Positions 9,663-20,257 are shown, numbered from the stretch's first letter. The stretch: DNA of 64,000 nucleotides from Terriglobia bacterium (GCA_046331665.1 JAXLQK010000019.1:20692-84691), one strand, 5' to 3'. The notes: generated by a model not told the origin, from the sequence alone. Translations and numbers: made by a program.

Positions 9663-10517
9663 TCATCCCTTTCCGTAGAGCTGGCGATAGCGTTCGAAGT
9701 ATTGGCGAACCTGCTCCATGATTTGCTGGTATTCCGGATCACTCCGCAGTTTCTCAAAATTCTTGTCCCGCTGGAACCAGGGGTAATTATGGTTCCCCAA
9801 TTCCATACTTCGGCGCAACCAAGACAAGGCTTGGCTTCTATCACCCAGCAGGGAATAGACTGAAGTGATCCAATAGGCCAAATCTCCATCAATGACATCT
9901 TCCCGGTTGGGGCTTAATACCTTGGGGTCTATTTTCTGTCGATTGCCTTGAGAGGCATACAAGAATCCAAGGAAATACAGCGGTGCATCGTCCCCCTTCG
10001 GACCGCTAAGTTCTTTGGCTTTGAGGAGTATTGGTTCTGCTTCGGCAAGTTTCCCCTGGTAATAGAGAAACTCGCCAAGATAAGCCATGGCTTTGTATTG
10101 GTCGGGAGAATTGGCTAATATGCGCCGCATTTCCTCCTCTGCCTCTTTGACCTTTCCCAGGTAAAGCAGCATGCGGGCATGCATCCAGTGGACTCGATGG
10201 GACGTTGGATTGAGTTCCATACTGCGTAGGTATTCTCTCTCAGCCAGATCGATTAAACCGGTATAGTGATAAGCATAACCCAGCATATCGTGCGCCCAGT
10301 CGGAATTTGGGGCCATACCATTCCCCTTCTTGAGCTTTTCAATGGCCTCCACATTACGGCCAAGTTGAATATAGATTCCGCCCATTGATATGTAGACGTC
10401 TGCAAGACGCGGATTCAATTGCATGGCTTTTTGAGCCATTCGCTCCGCATACGCCAAGTTTCCCCGAGCGTTATCAATAAAGTTCGCGGCCTCCATCATG
10501 CAAACATCCGCCAGCAA
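9663..10517 (-). CDS. TPR-repeat protein; probably the displaced C-terminal TPR domain of the upstream Ser/Thr kinase
   Basis: At least six TPR-like repeats. The ORF-track start is a TTG with no RBS. The same frame stays open upstream to 10559 ([16 protein letters not shown]...), overlapping the kinase stop. Confidence 0.6.
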   Translation of the reverse strand: MLADVCMMEAANFIDNARGNLAYAERMAQKAMQLNPRLADVYISMGGIYIQLGRNVEAIEKLKKGNGMAPNSDWAHDMLGYAYHYTGLIDLAEREYLRSMELNPTSHRVHWMHARMLLYLGKVKEAEEEMRRILANSPDQYKAMAYLGEFLYYQGKLAEAEPILLKAKELSGPKGDDAPLYFLGFLYASQGNRQKIDPKVLSPNREDVIDGDLAYWITSVYSLLGDRSQALSWLRRSMELGNHNYPWFQRDKNFEKLRSDPEYQQIMEQVRQYFERYRQLYGKG

Positions 10518-10543
10518 TGTATAAGCTTGAACAAATGTGGGGT

Positions 10544-12148
10544 CTAATTTGATGGCTTCTCAAGAAGGGTCTGCCCTCGCTGGAGGCTTTCCAGGCGAGA
10601 ACGCATGGCGTACTCATTCCAATAAAATCGGGCTTGGATATAGAGATTATAGGCATCCGGAGAATGTGTCATCGGAGCCGTCATACAAGCTTGCTCGTCT
10701 TCCGTCACTGATACACTCAATCCTTCGACCACCTTCTGGGCTACTTGATCTTGGAACATCAGCATATCTTTGGCCCGCAAATCATACCGTTGGGCCCAAC
10801 GGGTTGACCGACTCTTAGGGTCACTGAGAAGAACCGACACCCGCATGACATCGCCAACGCGCTGAAAGGTTCCTTCCAGAACGGACTCTACATCAAGCTC
10901 CTGGGCGACCTGGGCCGGATCGGCTGGCGCCTGCACATATTTCAACACCGAGCTCGTAGGCCGGACTGCCAGGTTCTGCAAGGTGGCCATCCGGCTGATG
11001 ATGGCATCGGACATCCCAATCCCCCACGCCTGGTTCTCTTCTTTCCCAGCAAGATCCCGGAACGGGAGCACCGCTACTGTTCGCACCGCGGACTTTGCAA
11101 TGGCCGGCGGAGAATTGGGAACGGGATTGCCCTGCCTTGACTCGAAAAACCATGCCGCGACACTGAGGATCAGAATGGCAAGGGAAGCGACCACTGCCCA
11201 AATTCGGAAACGAGATCCTTTCGACCTTTTGTTTGGTCCTGTAGAGTTTGAAGCCGCCCTCAAGCGGGTGGACTCTAGATCACGTTTCAGGCGTCTCAGG
11301 TCCCCCCTTAAGTCGGACGCGGACTGGTAGCGCAGCTCACGATCCTTCTCGAGGGCTTTGAAGATGATTCGCTCCAACTCGGCCGGTAATTCTGGATTAA
11401 TGGTTCTTGGCGATACGGAGGCGCGGTTAAGGATAGAGTCAAAGAGGATGGCGGGGGTATTCCCATTAAAAGGTGGACCACCCGTAGCCATCTCATAAAG
11501 CACAGCCCCAAACGAAAAAAGATCGGAACGTCCATCCAATTCTTCTCCCCGAGCTTGCTCAGGAGACATATAGGCGATGGTGCCGATGGTTGATCCCGGG
11601 CTGGTTAATTGCGGATCGCGCATCGACACCGTCAAGAGGTCTGTAGGTGCCGCAGTTTTCGCGTCTTTTTCTTTGGAGGTCGCTAATTTTGCCAATCCAA
11701 AATCCAAAAGTTTGACTTGAGCCCGTTGCGTCACAAAAATATTGGCGGGCTTGATATCCCGATGAACAATTCCCTTGCTGTGGGCCGCCTCGAGCGCGTC
11801 GATGATTTGAATCGCCAAATCTAATAACGGCTCGATCTTGAGGGGGTTGCCGTCAATGAAAGAGCGGAGGGTCATGCCCTCCATCAATTCCATGACAATA
11901 AAGGGTTGGCCTTCGGACTCGTCAACCTCATGAATGGTACAGATGTTGGGATGGTTCAATGCCGAAGCGGCTCTCGCCTCACGTTGGAATCGTTCCAGCG
12001 CCTGCTTGTCTTGGGCGAGGTCCCCGGGTAGAAACTTCAACGCCACTTGCCGGTTAAGTTTGAGGTCCTCAGCCAGATACACAACCCCCATTCCACCACC
12101 GCCAAGTTTTTCAACGATCTGATAATGGGTAACAGTTCTGCCGATCAT
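10544..12148 (-). CDS. Hanks-type Ser/Thr protein kinase with a TM helix and an extracytoplasmic TolB_N-like domain
   Basis: Kinase motifs are present: [13 protein letters not shown]...[26 protein letters not shown] segment, [19 protein letters not shown], follows. [30 protein letters not shown] matches the TolB_N-like domain, which in related kinases precedes TPRs. The gene ends PSN* in a different frame from the TPR ORF that follows. Confidence 0.85.
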   Translation of the reverse strand: MIGRTVTHYQIVEKLGGGGMGVVYLAEDLKLNRQVALKFLPGDLAQDKQALERFQREARAASALNHPNICTIHEVDESEGQPFIVMELMEGMTLRSFIDGNPLKIEPLLDLAIQIIDALEAAHSKGIVHRDIKPANIFVTQRAQVKLLDFGLAKLATSKEKDAKTAAPTDLLTVSMRDPQLTSPGSTIGTIAYMSPEQARGEELDGRSDLFSFGAVLYEMATGGPPFNGNTPAILFDSILNRASVSPRTINPELPAELERIIFKALEKDRELRYQSASDLRGDLRRLKRDLESTRLRAASNSTGPNKRSKGSRFRIWAVVASLAILILSVAAWFFESRQGNPVPNSPPAIAKSAVRTVAVLPFRDLAGKEENQAWGIGMSDAIISRMATLQNLAVRPTSSVLKYVQAPADPAQVAQELDVESVLEGTFQRVGDVMRVSVLLSDPKSRSTRWAQRYDLRAKDMLMFQDQVAQKVVEGLSVSVTEDEQACMTAPMTHSPDAYNLYIQARFYWNEYAMRSRLESLQRGQTLLEKPSN

Positions 12149-12349
12149 AAGGAGTTTTAGAAAACGATGTTAAGGAGTAGATCGTTCCAAGTCAATTGAG
12201 GATTTGGGGGGGGAGAGGCATTGCGGCAGAGCTCTTCTCTACTCTGCCCTTGACACCCTTTGAGGTTCACATAAAATGACCCTGCTCCGGCCATGAGAGG
12301 AGAGCCCCGCTGTTGAAGGACTAGCTTGATTCCAAAGGAGGTTTCCGCA

Positions 12350-13258
12350 GTGGCAAAGTTGCTTTCAATCGGCACTTGGGCCTATGCCTTTGGGCCCTAC
12401 CAGTCAAATCCTGTTCCCTTTGAAACCGTATTGCAGAAGCTGGGCGAGCTTCATTATGACGGCGTGGAAATCGGGGCCTTTAAACCCCATATCCATCCTG
12501 ACGATTACCCCACCCTCGCAGATCGTCAGCGCGTGAGATCCATGATTCAAGAAAACCAGTTGCGTGTCTCCGGACTCGCGGCTGATTTCTGGGGGGATAA
12601 AGGACCTGGCACGGACGCCGCACAAGAAAACGACTACTATCTTCACCTCTTTGAAAAAAACTTGAAGCTGTGCGCTGACCTGGGCTCTCCCAATATTCGG
12701 GTGGATACGGTCAGCGGCCCCGATGGTGTACCGGGAATAGATGGGAAGACCGCCCGGAAGCGAATTATTGAATTATGGAAGTTGTGTGCCGAAATGGCCC
12801 GGCGGAAGGGAGTCAAGGTTGTCTGGGAATTCGAACCCGGTTTCCTCTTCAACAAACCTTCTGAAGTCGCCCAACTGGTGGCTGATGTCAATCATCCTAA
12901 CTTCACGGTGCTCTTCGACACCTGCCATGCTTATATGTGCAGTGTCGTCGGCGCGCGCCAAGCCGGAAATAAAGAACTCCTGAAAGGCGGAGTGGTCGAA
13001 TTTGCTCAAATGCTAAAGGGAAAGATCGGACATGTCCACGTCATTGACTCGGACGGGACGCTCCATGGAGAGGAGACCAGCACCCATCGCCCGTTTGGTG
13101 AAGGATTCATCCATTTTGAGGAAGCTCTGGACGCCATTTTTCATGGCGCAGGATATCAGGGCGAGTGGTTGACTGTGGATTTGTGCTTCTGGCCTGAAGC
13201 GTGGGAGGTTACGGCCAAAGCCAAGGAGTTTCTTAGTCCCTACCTGGCCAAGTATTGA
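12350..13258 (+). CDS. Sugar phosphate isomerase/epimerase (xylose-isomerase-like TIM barrel)
   Basis: The AP-endonuclease-2/XylA-like TIM-barrel pattern is present (HYDGVEIG, VDTVSG, VWEFEPGF, DTCHA, HVHVIDSDG). The ORF track starts at 12326. I prefer GTG 12350, which has AAGGAGG 8 nt upstream. Confidence 0.7.
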   Translation: MAKLLSIGTWAYAFGPYQSNPVPFETVLQKLGELHYDGVEIGAFKPHIHPDDYPTLADRQRVRSMIQENQLRVSGLAADFWGDKGPGTDAAQENDYYLHLFEKNLKLCADLGSPNIRVDTVSGPDGVPGIDGKTARKRIIELWKLCAEMARRKGVKVVWEFEPGFLFNKPSEVAQLVADVNHPNFTVLFDTCHAYMCSVVGARQAGNKELLKGGVVEFAQMLKGKIGHVHVIDSDGTLHGEETSTHRPFGEGFIHFEEALDAIFHGAGYQGEWLTVDLCFWPEAWEVTAKAKEFLSPYLAKY

Positions 13259-13380
13259 TCAATCCCGTATTCCGGGGGATTTCACCTTGGCTCGATGAAT
13301 GTACCCTGTCACCCGTTCCATATCCGATCTGGTCTGATAAAGTGTGTGACGGTCTGCCCGGCGACCAAACCGGCAAATGG

Positions 13381-14826
13381 TCAGGCCAAAAGTTTGGGAA
13401 CGACATTGCCTGCGACATCGGTCAGCCGGAAATCACGCCCTTGATGGTGATAGGTCAGCTTCTCATGATCAAAACCCAAACATTGCAGGATCGTGGCATG
13501 CAAGTCGTGCACATGGATGCGGTCTTCCACGACGTTGAGGCACAGGTCATCGGTTTTGCCAATCACTTGCCCCCCTTTAATGCCTCCCCCTGCCATCCAG
13601 ATACTAAAGGCAAAGGGGTGGTGATCACGTCCTTCACTTCCTTTCTTGGGGTTCCGGCTCTCAACTAACGGAGTTCTCCCGAATTCCCCGGCCCAAATCA
13701 CCAGGGTTGAATCGAGCAATCCACGCTGCTTCAAATCCTTGAGTAAGGCGGCTACGGGCTGGTCGGTAATATCGCAATTCTTCTTCAAATGACTGACCAA
13801 TTCTGCGTGGTCATCCCAGCTCGCATGCATGATCTGGACAAAACGAACTCCCCGTTCCACCATCCTGCGAGCCAGCAGGCAATTCGAGGCAAAGGGTTTT
13901 GTGGGTTCCTTGTCGACCCCGTACATCTCGAGGGTCTTGGGAGACTCCTTGGAGAAATCAAGGAGTTCCGGGGCCGCTGCCTGCATCCGGAATGCAAGTT
14001 CGTAAGACGCAATTCGGGAGGCGATTTCAAAATCCCCGCTTTCCATGTAATTGGCCTCATTTAAATCTCGAATCACGTCGAGAGTTGACCGCTGGAGCTG
14101 ACGATTCAGGCCTTGAGGATTGGAAAGATAAAGCACGGGATCACCGCTGTTGCGGAAGGTAACGCCCTGGTAGGTAGAGGGCAGAAATCCGCTGGACCAA
14201 TTGGCACTTCCGGCACTGGTGCCGACTCCCGAGCTCAGGACCACAAATCCCGGTAGATTTTGAGATTCACTCCCCAAGCCATAAGTCACCCAGGCTCCCA
14301 TGGAGGGGCGCCCCACCAGTGGTGAGCCGCAATTGAGCATTAACTGCCCCGGATGATGGTTGAATTGCTCCGTATACATGGAGCGGATCATGCAGATATC
14401 ATCGGCACAGGTCGCGAGATGTGGAAGGTAGTCGGAAATTTCGATGCCGCTCTGCCCGTAAGGCTTAAACTCTCTCGGACTGGCCCAAACCCGGGCATTT
14501 GGCTTAATGAAAGCCAGTTTTAAATTCTTGGTCATCGATTCCGGGAGCGGGTGGCCGTCCCACTTTCGCATTTCTGGCTTCGGATCGAAAAGATCCAGCT
14601 GGCTGGGGGCTCCTTCCATGAAGAAAAAGATGACATTCTTGGCCTTGGGGGCAAATTGAGGAGGTTTCGGCTGCATGGGATTGACGCTCGGCAAAGTGCC
14701 CGCCAGGGCAGTCGTGAGCCCCTCACTCGCCAACAATTGCCATAAGCCAATGGCCCCAACACCCCCGACGCATTCCGCGAGAAACTTACGACGGGAATGA
14801 ATTTTCTGGAATTCCTGGAAATTCAT
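13381..14826 (-). CDS. DUF1501 protein (sulfatase-like fold) with a Tat signal; paralogue of 8161-9627
   Basis: SRRKFLAECVGGVGAIGL is a Tat motif. The same conserved blocks occur (VIWAGEFGRT, DHHPFAFSIWMAGGGIKGG). GGGAGG lies 5 nt upstream of the ATG. Confidence 0.85.
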   Translation of the reverse strand: MNFQEFQKIHSRRKFLAECVGGVGAIGLWQLLASEGLTTALAGTLPSVNPMQPKPPQFAPKAKNVIFFFMEGAPSQLDLFDPKPEMRKWDGHPLPESMTKNLKLAFIKPNARVWASPREFKPYGQSGIEISDYLPHLATCADDICMIRSMYTEQFNHHPGQLMLNCGSPLVGRPSMGAWVTYGLGSESQNLPGFVVLSSGVGTSAGSANWSSGFLPSTYQGVTFRNSGDPVLYLSNPQGLNRQLQRSTLDVIRDLNEANYMESGDFEIASRIASYELAFRMQAAAPELLDFSKESPKTLEMYGVDKEPTKPFASNCLLARRMVERGVRFVQIMHASWDDHAELVSHLKKNCDITDQPVAALLKDLKQRGLLDSTLVIWAGEFGRTPLVESRNPKKGSEGRDHHPFAFSIWMAGGGIKGGQVIGKTDDLCLNVVEDRIHVHDLHATILQCLGFDHEKLTYHHQGRDFRLTDVAGNVVPKLLA

Positions 14827-14891
14827 CGATCCTCCCCTGTAAGCGCTTGTCTTCCTATGAACATCGCCCCACGTTTGAGCTCCTGAACTTT

Positions 14892-17594
14892 TTAACCTCG
14901 TGTGATGAACTCATCCAGGTTAAGCAGAGCCCTAGAAATGCTAACCCAGATTGCGGCCTCGGTTGCATCGACCCCTTCAACTCCATGTGCCGCATAGAGA
15001 CTCTCTGCCACATCCGGGTTCTCCTTCAAAAAGGCTTTCTGGTCATCATAATAGCGAACCAACCTCTCCCGCTCCGCAGGTTTGGGGGGCCGGGCAAGAC
15101 AGAGTCGGAATGCATAGTCAATCCGCTCGTTCAAGCTGCCCGGTTTTTCACGCAAGACCCGGGTTGCCAGACCCTGAGCCGCTTCAAAGAAGACAGGGTC
15201 GTTCAGAAGATTGAGCGCTTGCAAGGGAGTTGTGGAACGCTCCCGGCGACTGCAAACGAGTAACGAGTTCGGAGCATCGAAATTCATCAATTCGGGGTAT
15301 GGCGTCGTTCGCTGGAAAAAGACATAGAGTCCTCGTCGATACCGGGCCGTCCCTTCACTTTCTTTCCACTTGACGCTCATCGCATAGCCCAGGTCGGTCA
15401 CCCCCTTCGGAATGACAGGGCGGACGCTTTTTCCTCCGATGGTCGGGTCCAGCAGTCCGCTCGTCGCCAGCGCATTATCCCGAATCAATTCCGCCGGCAA
15501 ACGCAAACGCGATTGCCGGGCGATCCACTTGTTATAGGGATCCCGTGCTTCCAGCTCTTTTCTCGTTTTGGAAGATTGGCGGTAAGTCGCTGACATCACA
15601 ATCAGCTTATGCATGCGCTTGACGTTCCAATTCTCCCTGACAAATTCGGCCGCCAACCAATCGAGCAATTCTGGATGCGTCGGGCGCTCCCCTTTGATTC
15701 CAAAATCCTCCGAGGTTTCCACAATCCCATGGCCGAAAAATTCCTGCCACATCCGGTTCATCGTGACCCGGGGCGTTAAGGGATTTTCAGAGGAGACTAG
15801 CCAGCGGGCAAACCGAAGACGGGCAGGTTCATTTGTGACAGGAAAGGGCGGCAAGACCGCCGGCGTGCCAGGAGAAACTTCAATCCCCGGTTGCAAGTAA
15901 TCCCCTCTGATCAAGACGTGGGTCTTGGGGGGATTTGGATTTTCGGTAATCGTGGGCGCTTCTGTCAGACTCGGGTACTGTTCGGAAAGCTGGTCAAGTT
16001 TTTCACCAAGCTCCTTGAACTTGAGCTCATCGTAACGATCTTTCCCCTCGGCAATGGAATAATATCGGACAATGTGGTCGGTAAGCCTGTCTTGCTCCTT
16101 CTGCGTTCGTTCGGTTGGATTCTTCAAAAGAATCTCTTGACCGTGATCCAACATTTTGCCGACAGTGTCCCAAGACACATCGTATGGAACGTTGATGCCG
16201 GGATGAGTGGAGGCCTCCAGGGTCTTCTTCTCCCAGTCACCCTGAATTTCGGCAACCTTATATTCCTCCAGCAAGGCCTTCCGTTTCTTGTCGTACTCGG
16301 GTTTGCCCTGAAGATAGCCCCCTATTTCTCCAGGAGACGGAGCTTCAACATTAACTTCACGCGCTGTATTAAAAAAGGCGAGGAGCTGATAGAACTCCCG
16401 CTGGCTGATGGGATCGTATTTGTGATCGTGACAACGAGCACAGCCGATAGTTAACCCCATCCAGGTGGTCCCTGTCGTGATCGTACGGTCGAGCACTTGT
16501 TCGACGCGAAATTCCTCGTTATCGACCCCGCCCTCCCGGTTCGTCAGAGTGTTGCGATTGAAACCCGTGGCGATTTTTTGATTAAGCGTTGCGCGCGGCA
16601 ACTGATCCCCGGCAATCTGTTCGATGGTAAACTCGTCGAAGGGTAAATTGCGATTGAGCGCTTCGATCACCCACTGCCGGTATCTCCATGCGTAGGGCCG
16701 AACATTGTCCTTCTCATACCCATCACTATCCGCATAGCGAGCCAGATCGAGCCAATGGCGGGCCCACTTTTCGCCGTAGTGGGGGGAATCGAGAAGGCGA
16801 TTCACGAGCCTTTCATAGGCATCGGGGGAATCATCCGCAACAAAGTTCGACACTTCCTCGGGAGTCGGAGGCAGACCCGTAAGATCAAAGCTTAATCGCC
16901 GAATCAAGGTGATCCGATCGGCTTCAGGAGAAGGCTGGACCTGCTCCGATTCCAGCTTACTTAAAATAAAGGCATCGATTGGATTTCTTATCCAGGCTGA
17001 GTTACCGACACGAGGCAAGGGAGGCTGCTTGAGGGGCTGAAAAGCCCAATGCGACCTTCGAGGATCTTCACTGGCCCTTGCGATGGGCTTTGCCCCATCC
17101 TCCGACCAGTCGACACCTTGATCAATCCATGCCCTCAGCAATCCAACCTGTTCGGCCGTCAAGCGATCTCCGGCCGGGGGCATGACCTTCCCCTCGTCCG
17201 CTCCTGCCACCAAGCGAATCAGTTTGCTCCCTGCACTGTCCGCCGGCTTGATCACGGCACCAGAGTTTCCGCCATCCAGTGCATGTTGACGACTGTCAAG
17301 CCGGAGGCCGCTCATTTGCATCTGAGGCCCGTGACAGGACAGGCAGCGACTGCTCAAAATCGGTTGGACGTCGCGCTTGAAATCTATTTTCTGAGTGGCT
17401 GCCGGAGGCAAGTCCGGTTTCGCAGCTAGCTGTGTCTGAGCCTTGTAGCCCCCGACACATAGCAGGAGCAATGGCAAAACTGTCAGGTTGCAGCGTAGGC
17501 CTCGGATACTCAGGGCAGATCGAAATCCATCCATCTCGTTATTTGTTTTCTCCCAATCTAGCGGCGCCCGTTTCTTCTGCTTTTGGACTGCCAT
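14892..17594 (-). CDS. PSCyt1 (CxxCH heme) / DUF1549 / DUF1553 protein, intact 900-aa paralogue
   Basis: RCLSCHGPQMQMSGLRLD is the heme-binding region. The DUF1549 and DUF1553 blocks are collinear with 4957-8157 but lack the LamG insertion. A signal-like N-terminus is present. Confidence 0.85.
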   Translation of the reverse strand: MAVQKQKKRAPLDWEKTNNEMDGFRSALSIRGLRCNLTVLPLLLLCVGGYKAQTQLAAKPDLPPAATQKIDFKRDVQPILSSRCLSCHGPQMQMSGLRLDSRQHALDGGNSGAVIKPADSAGSKLIRLVAGADEGKVMPPAGDRLTAEQVGLLRAWIDQGVDWSEDGAKPIARASEDPRRSHWAFQPLKQPPLPRVGNSAWIRNPIDAFILSKLESEQVQPSPEADRITLIRRLSFDLTGLPPTPEEVSNFVADDSPDAYERLVNRLLDSPHYGEKWARHWLDLARYADSDGYEKDNVRPYAWRYRQWVIEALNRNLPFDEFTIEQIAGDQLPRATLNQKIATGFNRNTLTNREGGVDNEEFRVEQVLDRTITTGTTWMGLTIGCARCHDHKYDPISQREFYQLLAFFNTAREVNVEAPSPGEIGGYLQGKPEYDKKRKALLEEYKVAEIQGDWEKKTLEASTHPGINVPYDVSWDTVGKMLDHGQEILLKNPTERTQKEQDRLTDHIVRYYSIAEGKDRYDELKFKELGEKLDQLSEQYPSLTEAPTITENPNPPKTHVLIRGDYLQPGIEVSPGTPAVLPPFPVTNEPARLRFARWLVSSENPLTPRVTMNRMWQEFFGHGIVETSEDFGIKGERPTHPELLDWLAAEFVRENWNVKRMHKLIVMSATYRQSSKTRKELEARDPYNKWIARQSRLRLPAELIRDNALATSGLLDPTIGGKSVRPVIPKGVTDLGYAMSVKWKESEGTARYRRGLYVFFQRTTPYPELMNFDAPNSLLVCSRRERSTTPLQALNLLNDPVFFEAAQGLATRVLREKPGSLNERIDYAFRLCLARPPKPAERERLVRYYDDQKAFLKENPDVAESLYAAHGVEGVDATEAAIWVSISRALLNLDEFITRG

Positions 17595-17669
17595 GGTACT
17601 ATTCTTTCTAATTTACCCGTACTTCTCTGACTCTTCAATCGTAATCATAACTGCAGATTTGACAGCAAT

Positions 17670-17993
17670 TTAGCTCAACACCCAGTTCTTTGGAGTCTCC
17701 ACGAATCGGATGCCAACCTTCTTTTTCATCTCACTCTCGTCCATCCAAACGGCCTTAACTTCGGCGTTACATATGAACTTTCCCTGAAAAGCCGTTAACT
17801 TGACGATGCTACCCAACTTCAAGATGTGGTCGACTAAAACGCAGGCCCCAAGCTTGCTGACGTTTTCCGTCGTGGTTTCCTCAATGAAATGCTGATCGTC
17901 AGCGTCAGCCCCTTCGAGGACTACGGGGATAGCCAGGAGGACACGAGTCTCCTTTCGTTTTACCCTCCAGAAATCCACACGTTCTCCAGTCAA
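17670..17993 (-). CDS. PilZ-domain protein, last gene of the dnaK operon
   Basis: RKETR (RxxxR) and ENVSKLGA (DxSxxG-like) motifs are present, with the typical C-terminal GIRF. The start overlaps the stop of the upstream ATPase gene. Confidence 0.6.
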   Translation of the reverse strand: MTGERVDFWRVKRKETRVLLAIPVVLEGADADDQHFIEETTTENVSKLGACVLVDHILKLGSIVKLTAFQGKFICNAEVKAVWMDESEMKKKVGIRFVETPKNWVLS

Positions 17994-17995
17994 GG

Positions 17996-18742
17996 TCAGT
18001 ATTGGTATTGTGCTTGTTTAACTTTGAGTCGGAAGTCAAAACCTTCGATACGAATCACTTTGCACATCTCGTACAGCCGGGAGCGCAAACGTGTCCCGAT
18101 ACGGTCTTCGAGACTTTCTTCCTTTGACAATACGGTCCCATTGGAAAGCGTTTTGGGTTCCCTTAGTTGGTCGTCAAAGTTTGTGGTGATGATGGTTGTT
18201 AAGCGCCGATTATATCTGGAATTAATGATATAAGAGACCGTCTCCCGAACCCATTCGGTAGGTCGTTCAGCCCCCAGGTCATCTAGCACCAGCAGATCAC
18301 TGTTTAAGACGGGCTCAAGAATTTCCAGCTCGGAGGACTGAGAAACAGGGTTATAGGAATTCTGAATCCGTTTGAGCAACTCACGAAAATCACAGAACAA
18401 ACCCCGAGCCCCCACCTTCTGAATGATTTCCCGCAAAATCGACACAGCCAAGTGGGTCTTGCCCACACCGCAAGGCCCCAGAATCAACAGGCCACAATCC
18501 ACCAGAGGATATTCTTCTACAAACTTCAGCGCGGCCGCCTTAACCAGTTTAAGGCGTTCCGTGATCGGATTAAAGTTTTCGAATGAACAATGCTCATAGC
18601 GTGCGGGGAGATGAGCAAGTTCAATCAATCTCTCTAATTTTCGTTGCTGCACACAGGCACAAGGAACGACCCCCTGCGGTTCGGCATCTTCGAGATACCG
18701 CCAACCGGTCCCTCCACAGATTTGACATTCTGCAGTTAGCAT
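17996..18742 (-). CDS. DnaC/IstB-like AAA+ ATPase (putative helicase-loader-type protein) with an N-terminal four-Cys motif
   Basis: Walker A LILGPCGVGKTHLAVSI and Walker B LLVLDDLG are present. The N-terminus carries CQICGGTGW...VPCACV, which is zinc-ribbon-like. It starts 9 nt downstream of hspR. Confidence 0.65.
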   Translation of the reverse strand: MLTAECQICGGTGWRYLEDAEPQGVVPCACVQQRKLERLIELAHLPARYEHCSFENFNPITERLKLVKAAALKFVEEYPLVDCGLLILGPCGVGKTHLAVSILREIIQKVGARGLFCDFRELLKRIQNSYNPVSQSSELEILEPVLNSDLLVLDDLGAERPTEWVRETVSYIINSRYNRRLTTIITTNFDDQLREPKTLSNGTVLSKEESLEDRIGTRLRSRLYEMCKVIRIEGFDFRLKVKQAQYQY

Positions 18743-18751
18743 CGCTTCGAG

Positions 18752-19141
18752 TTAACGATCCAATCGAACCATCTTAGAGGGGATGGTTCGCACCAAGGCA
18801 TTTTGAGCGTCGGATCGAGGCTCCGACATGCGCCCAGAAAGCTCCGTTTGAATTAGTTTCATAAACTGGCGCATTTCTTTTTGCATTTCTTCAACCCGGG
18901 CCCGCATGTTCAAAATGATTTCCACTCCGGCCAAGTTTACACCCAGGTCGCGAGTTAAGTTCAAAATCAATTCCAGCCGTTTCAAATCCTCATCGGTGTA
19001 AAGACGGGTATTTCCTTCAGAACGGGAAGGCTTCAGGAGCCCCTGACGTTCGTAAAGACGCAAGGTTTGTGGATGAACGTCGTAAGTCTTGGCCACATTA
19101 CTGATCATGTAAGCCGCTTTGTCCTTCTTCTTCCTGACCAT
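18752..19141 (-). CDS. hspR: MerR-family heat-shock repressor HspR
   Basis: A MerR HTH (YMISNVAKTYDVHPQTLRLYERQGLLKPSRSEGNTRLYTDEDL) and a coiled-coil C-terminus. It lies directly downstream of dnaJ, as in hspR operons. Confidence 0.8.
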   Translation of the reverse strand: MVRKKKDKAAYMISNVAKTYDVHPQTLRLYERQGLLKPSRSEGNTRLYTDEDLKRLELILNLTRDLGVNLAGVEIILNMRARVEEMQKEMRQFMKLIQTELSGRMSEPRSDAQNALVRTIPSKMVRLDR

Positions 19142-19153
19142 CGTGCAAGCCCC

Positions 19154-20257
19154 TTATTGACCAAACAAACCCTGGCGAGGGTTCTCCGGATTCAACCGAC
19201 CCAACTCCCGAAGCAGCTCTTTGCTCCGCTCATCCACTAGTTTGGGTGTAACGACGCGTACTTCAACATATTGGTCCCCGTGGGTTGGGGCCCTCAAAGA
19301 GGGAGCCCCCTTCTCTCTCAATCGGAATTTCTGTCCGCTCTGGGTCCCGGGAGGTATTTTCAAAAGAGCACGACCTTCCACGGTGGGGACTTCAATCTTG
19401 GCGCCCAGAGCAGCTTCAGTCAGTGTGATGGGAATCTTGCAGTAGATGTTGTCCCCCTTTCTCTCAAAAAAGGGGTGGCTGCTCACTGTGGTCACAATAT
19501 AAAGATCCCCGGGAGTCCCTCCATTCATTCCAAAATCTCCCCGGCCGGCAAAACGAATTCGTGAACCAGTTTGGACTCCTGCCGGAATCTTGATTTCGAG
19601 GCTTTCTGACTTTTGAACTCGCCCTTCGCCACGGCATTGGGAACAAGGTGTCGTGACTTTCCCGCTTCCACCACATTGAGGACAGGTGGTCGAAAACCGC
19701 ATCTTCCCCTTTAGCTGTTCCACCTTGCCGGATCCCCGGCAATAAGGGCAATCCTGATCTTTTCCTTCGCCGCTCACCCCTTTTCCATGGCAGGTAGGGC
19801 AAATCTCACGACGCAAGTAGCTGATGCGGGTCTGCAGTCCCTTCAACGCGTCGTCAAAGCTTATCGAAACCTGGTACTCCAAGTCATCCCCTTTCTGAGG
19901 ACGGTTTGCGGAACGGTGCCCGCCAAAAAGCTGGGAGAAGAGATCCCCAAACCCTGAGCCTCCTATATTGGAGAAATCGAATCCTTCGAAATCCACTTGC
20001 GGCCCAGGTTGCGGTCCTGGGCCGGGTCGGAAGTTATCAGAATAGGTTCCGTAGTTGTCATAGATTTCCCGCTTTTTTGGATCGCTCAGGACCTCATAGG
20101 CCTCGGAAATCTTCTTAAACCGCTCCTCAGCGCGCTTGTCCCCCGGATTGACATCAGGGTGATGCTTGCGTGCAAGTTTCCGGTACGCTTTCTTAATGGC
20201 TTCTGGAGAGGCGTTTCTCGGGATATTCAAAAGTTGATAATAGTCTTCCGTTGCCAT
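19154..20257 (-). CDS. dnaJ: Molecular chaperone DnaJ
   Basis: J domain with HPD ([30 protein letters not shown]). Four CxxCxGxG zinc-finger repeats and the C-terminal domains are present. Confidence 0.95.
   Translation of the reverse strand: MATEDYYQLLNIPRNASPEAIKKAYRKLARKHHPDVNPGDKRAEERFKKISEAYEVLSDPKKREIYDNYGTYSDNFRPGPGPQPGPQVDFEGFDFSNIGGSGFGDLFSQLFGGHRSANRPQKGDDLEYQVSISFDDALKGLQTRISYLRREICPTCHGKGVSGEGKDQDCPYCRGSGKVEQLKGKMRFSTTCPQCGGSGKVTTPCSQCRGEGRVQKSESLEIKIPAGVQTGSRIRFAGRGDFGMNGGTPGDLYIVTTVSSHPFFERKGDNIYCKIPITLTEAALGAKIEVPTVEGRALLKIPPGTQSGQKFRLREKGAPSLRAPTHGDQYVEVRVVTPKLVDERSKELLRELGRLNPENPRQGLFGQ

Noticed and set aside
15891-16454. 187-aa ORF antisense to the 900-aa PSCyt gene
   Set aside because: Embedded antisense with no support.
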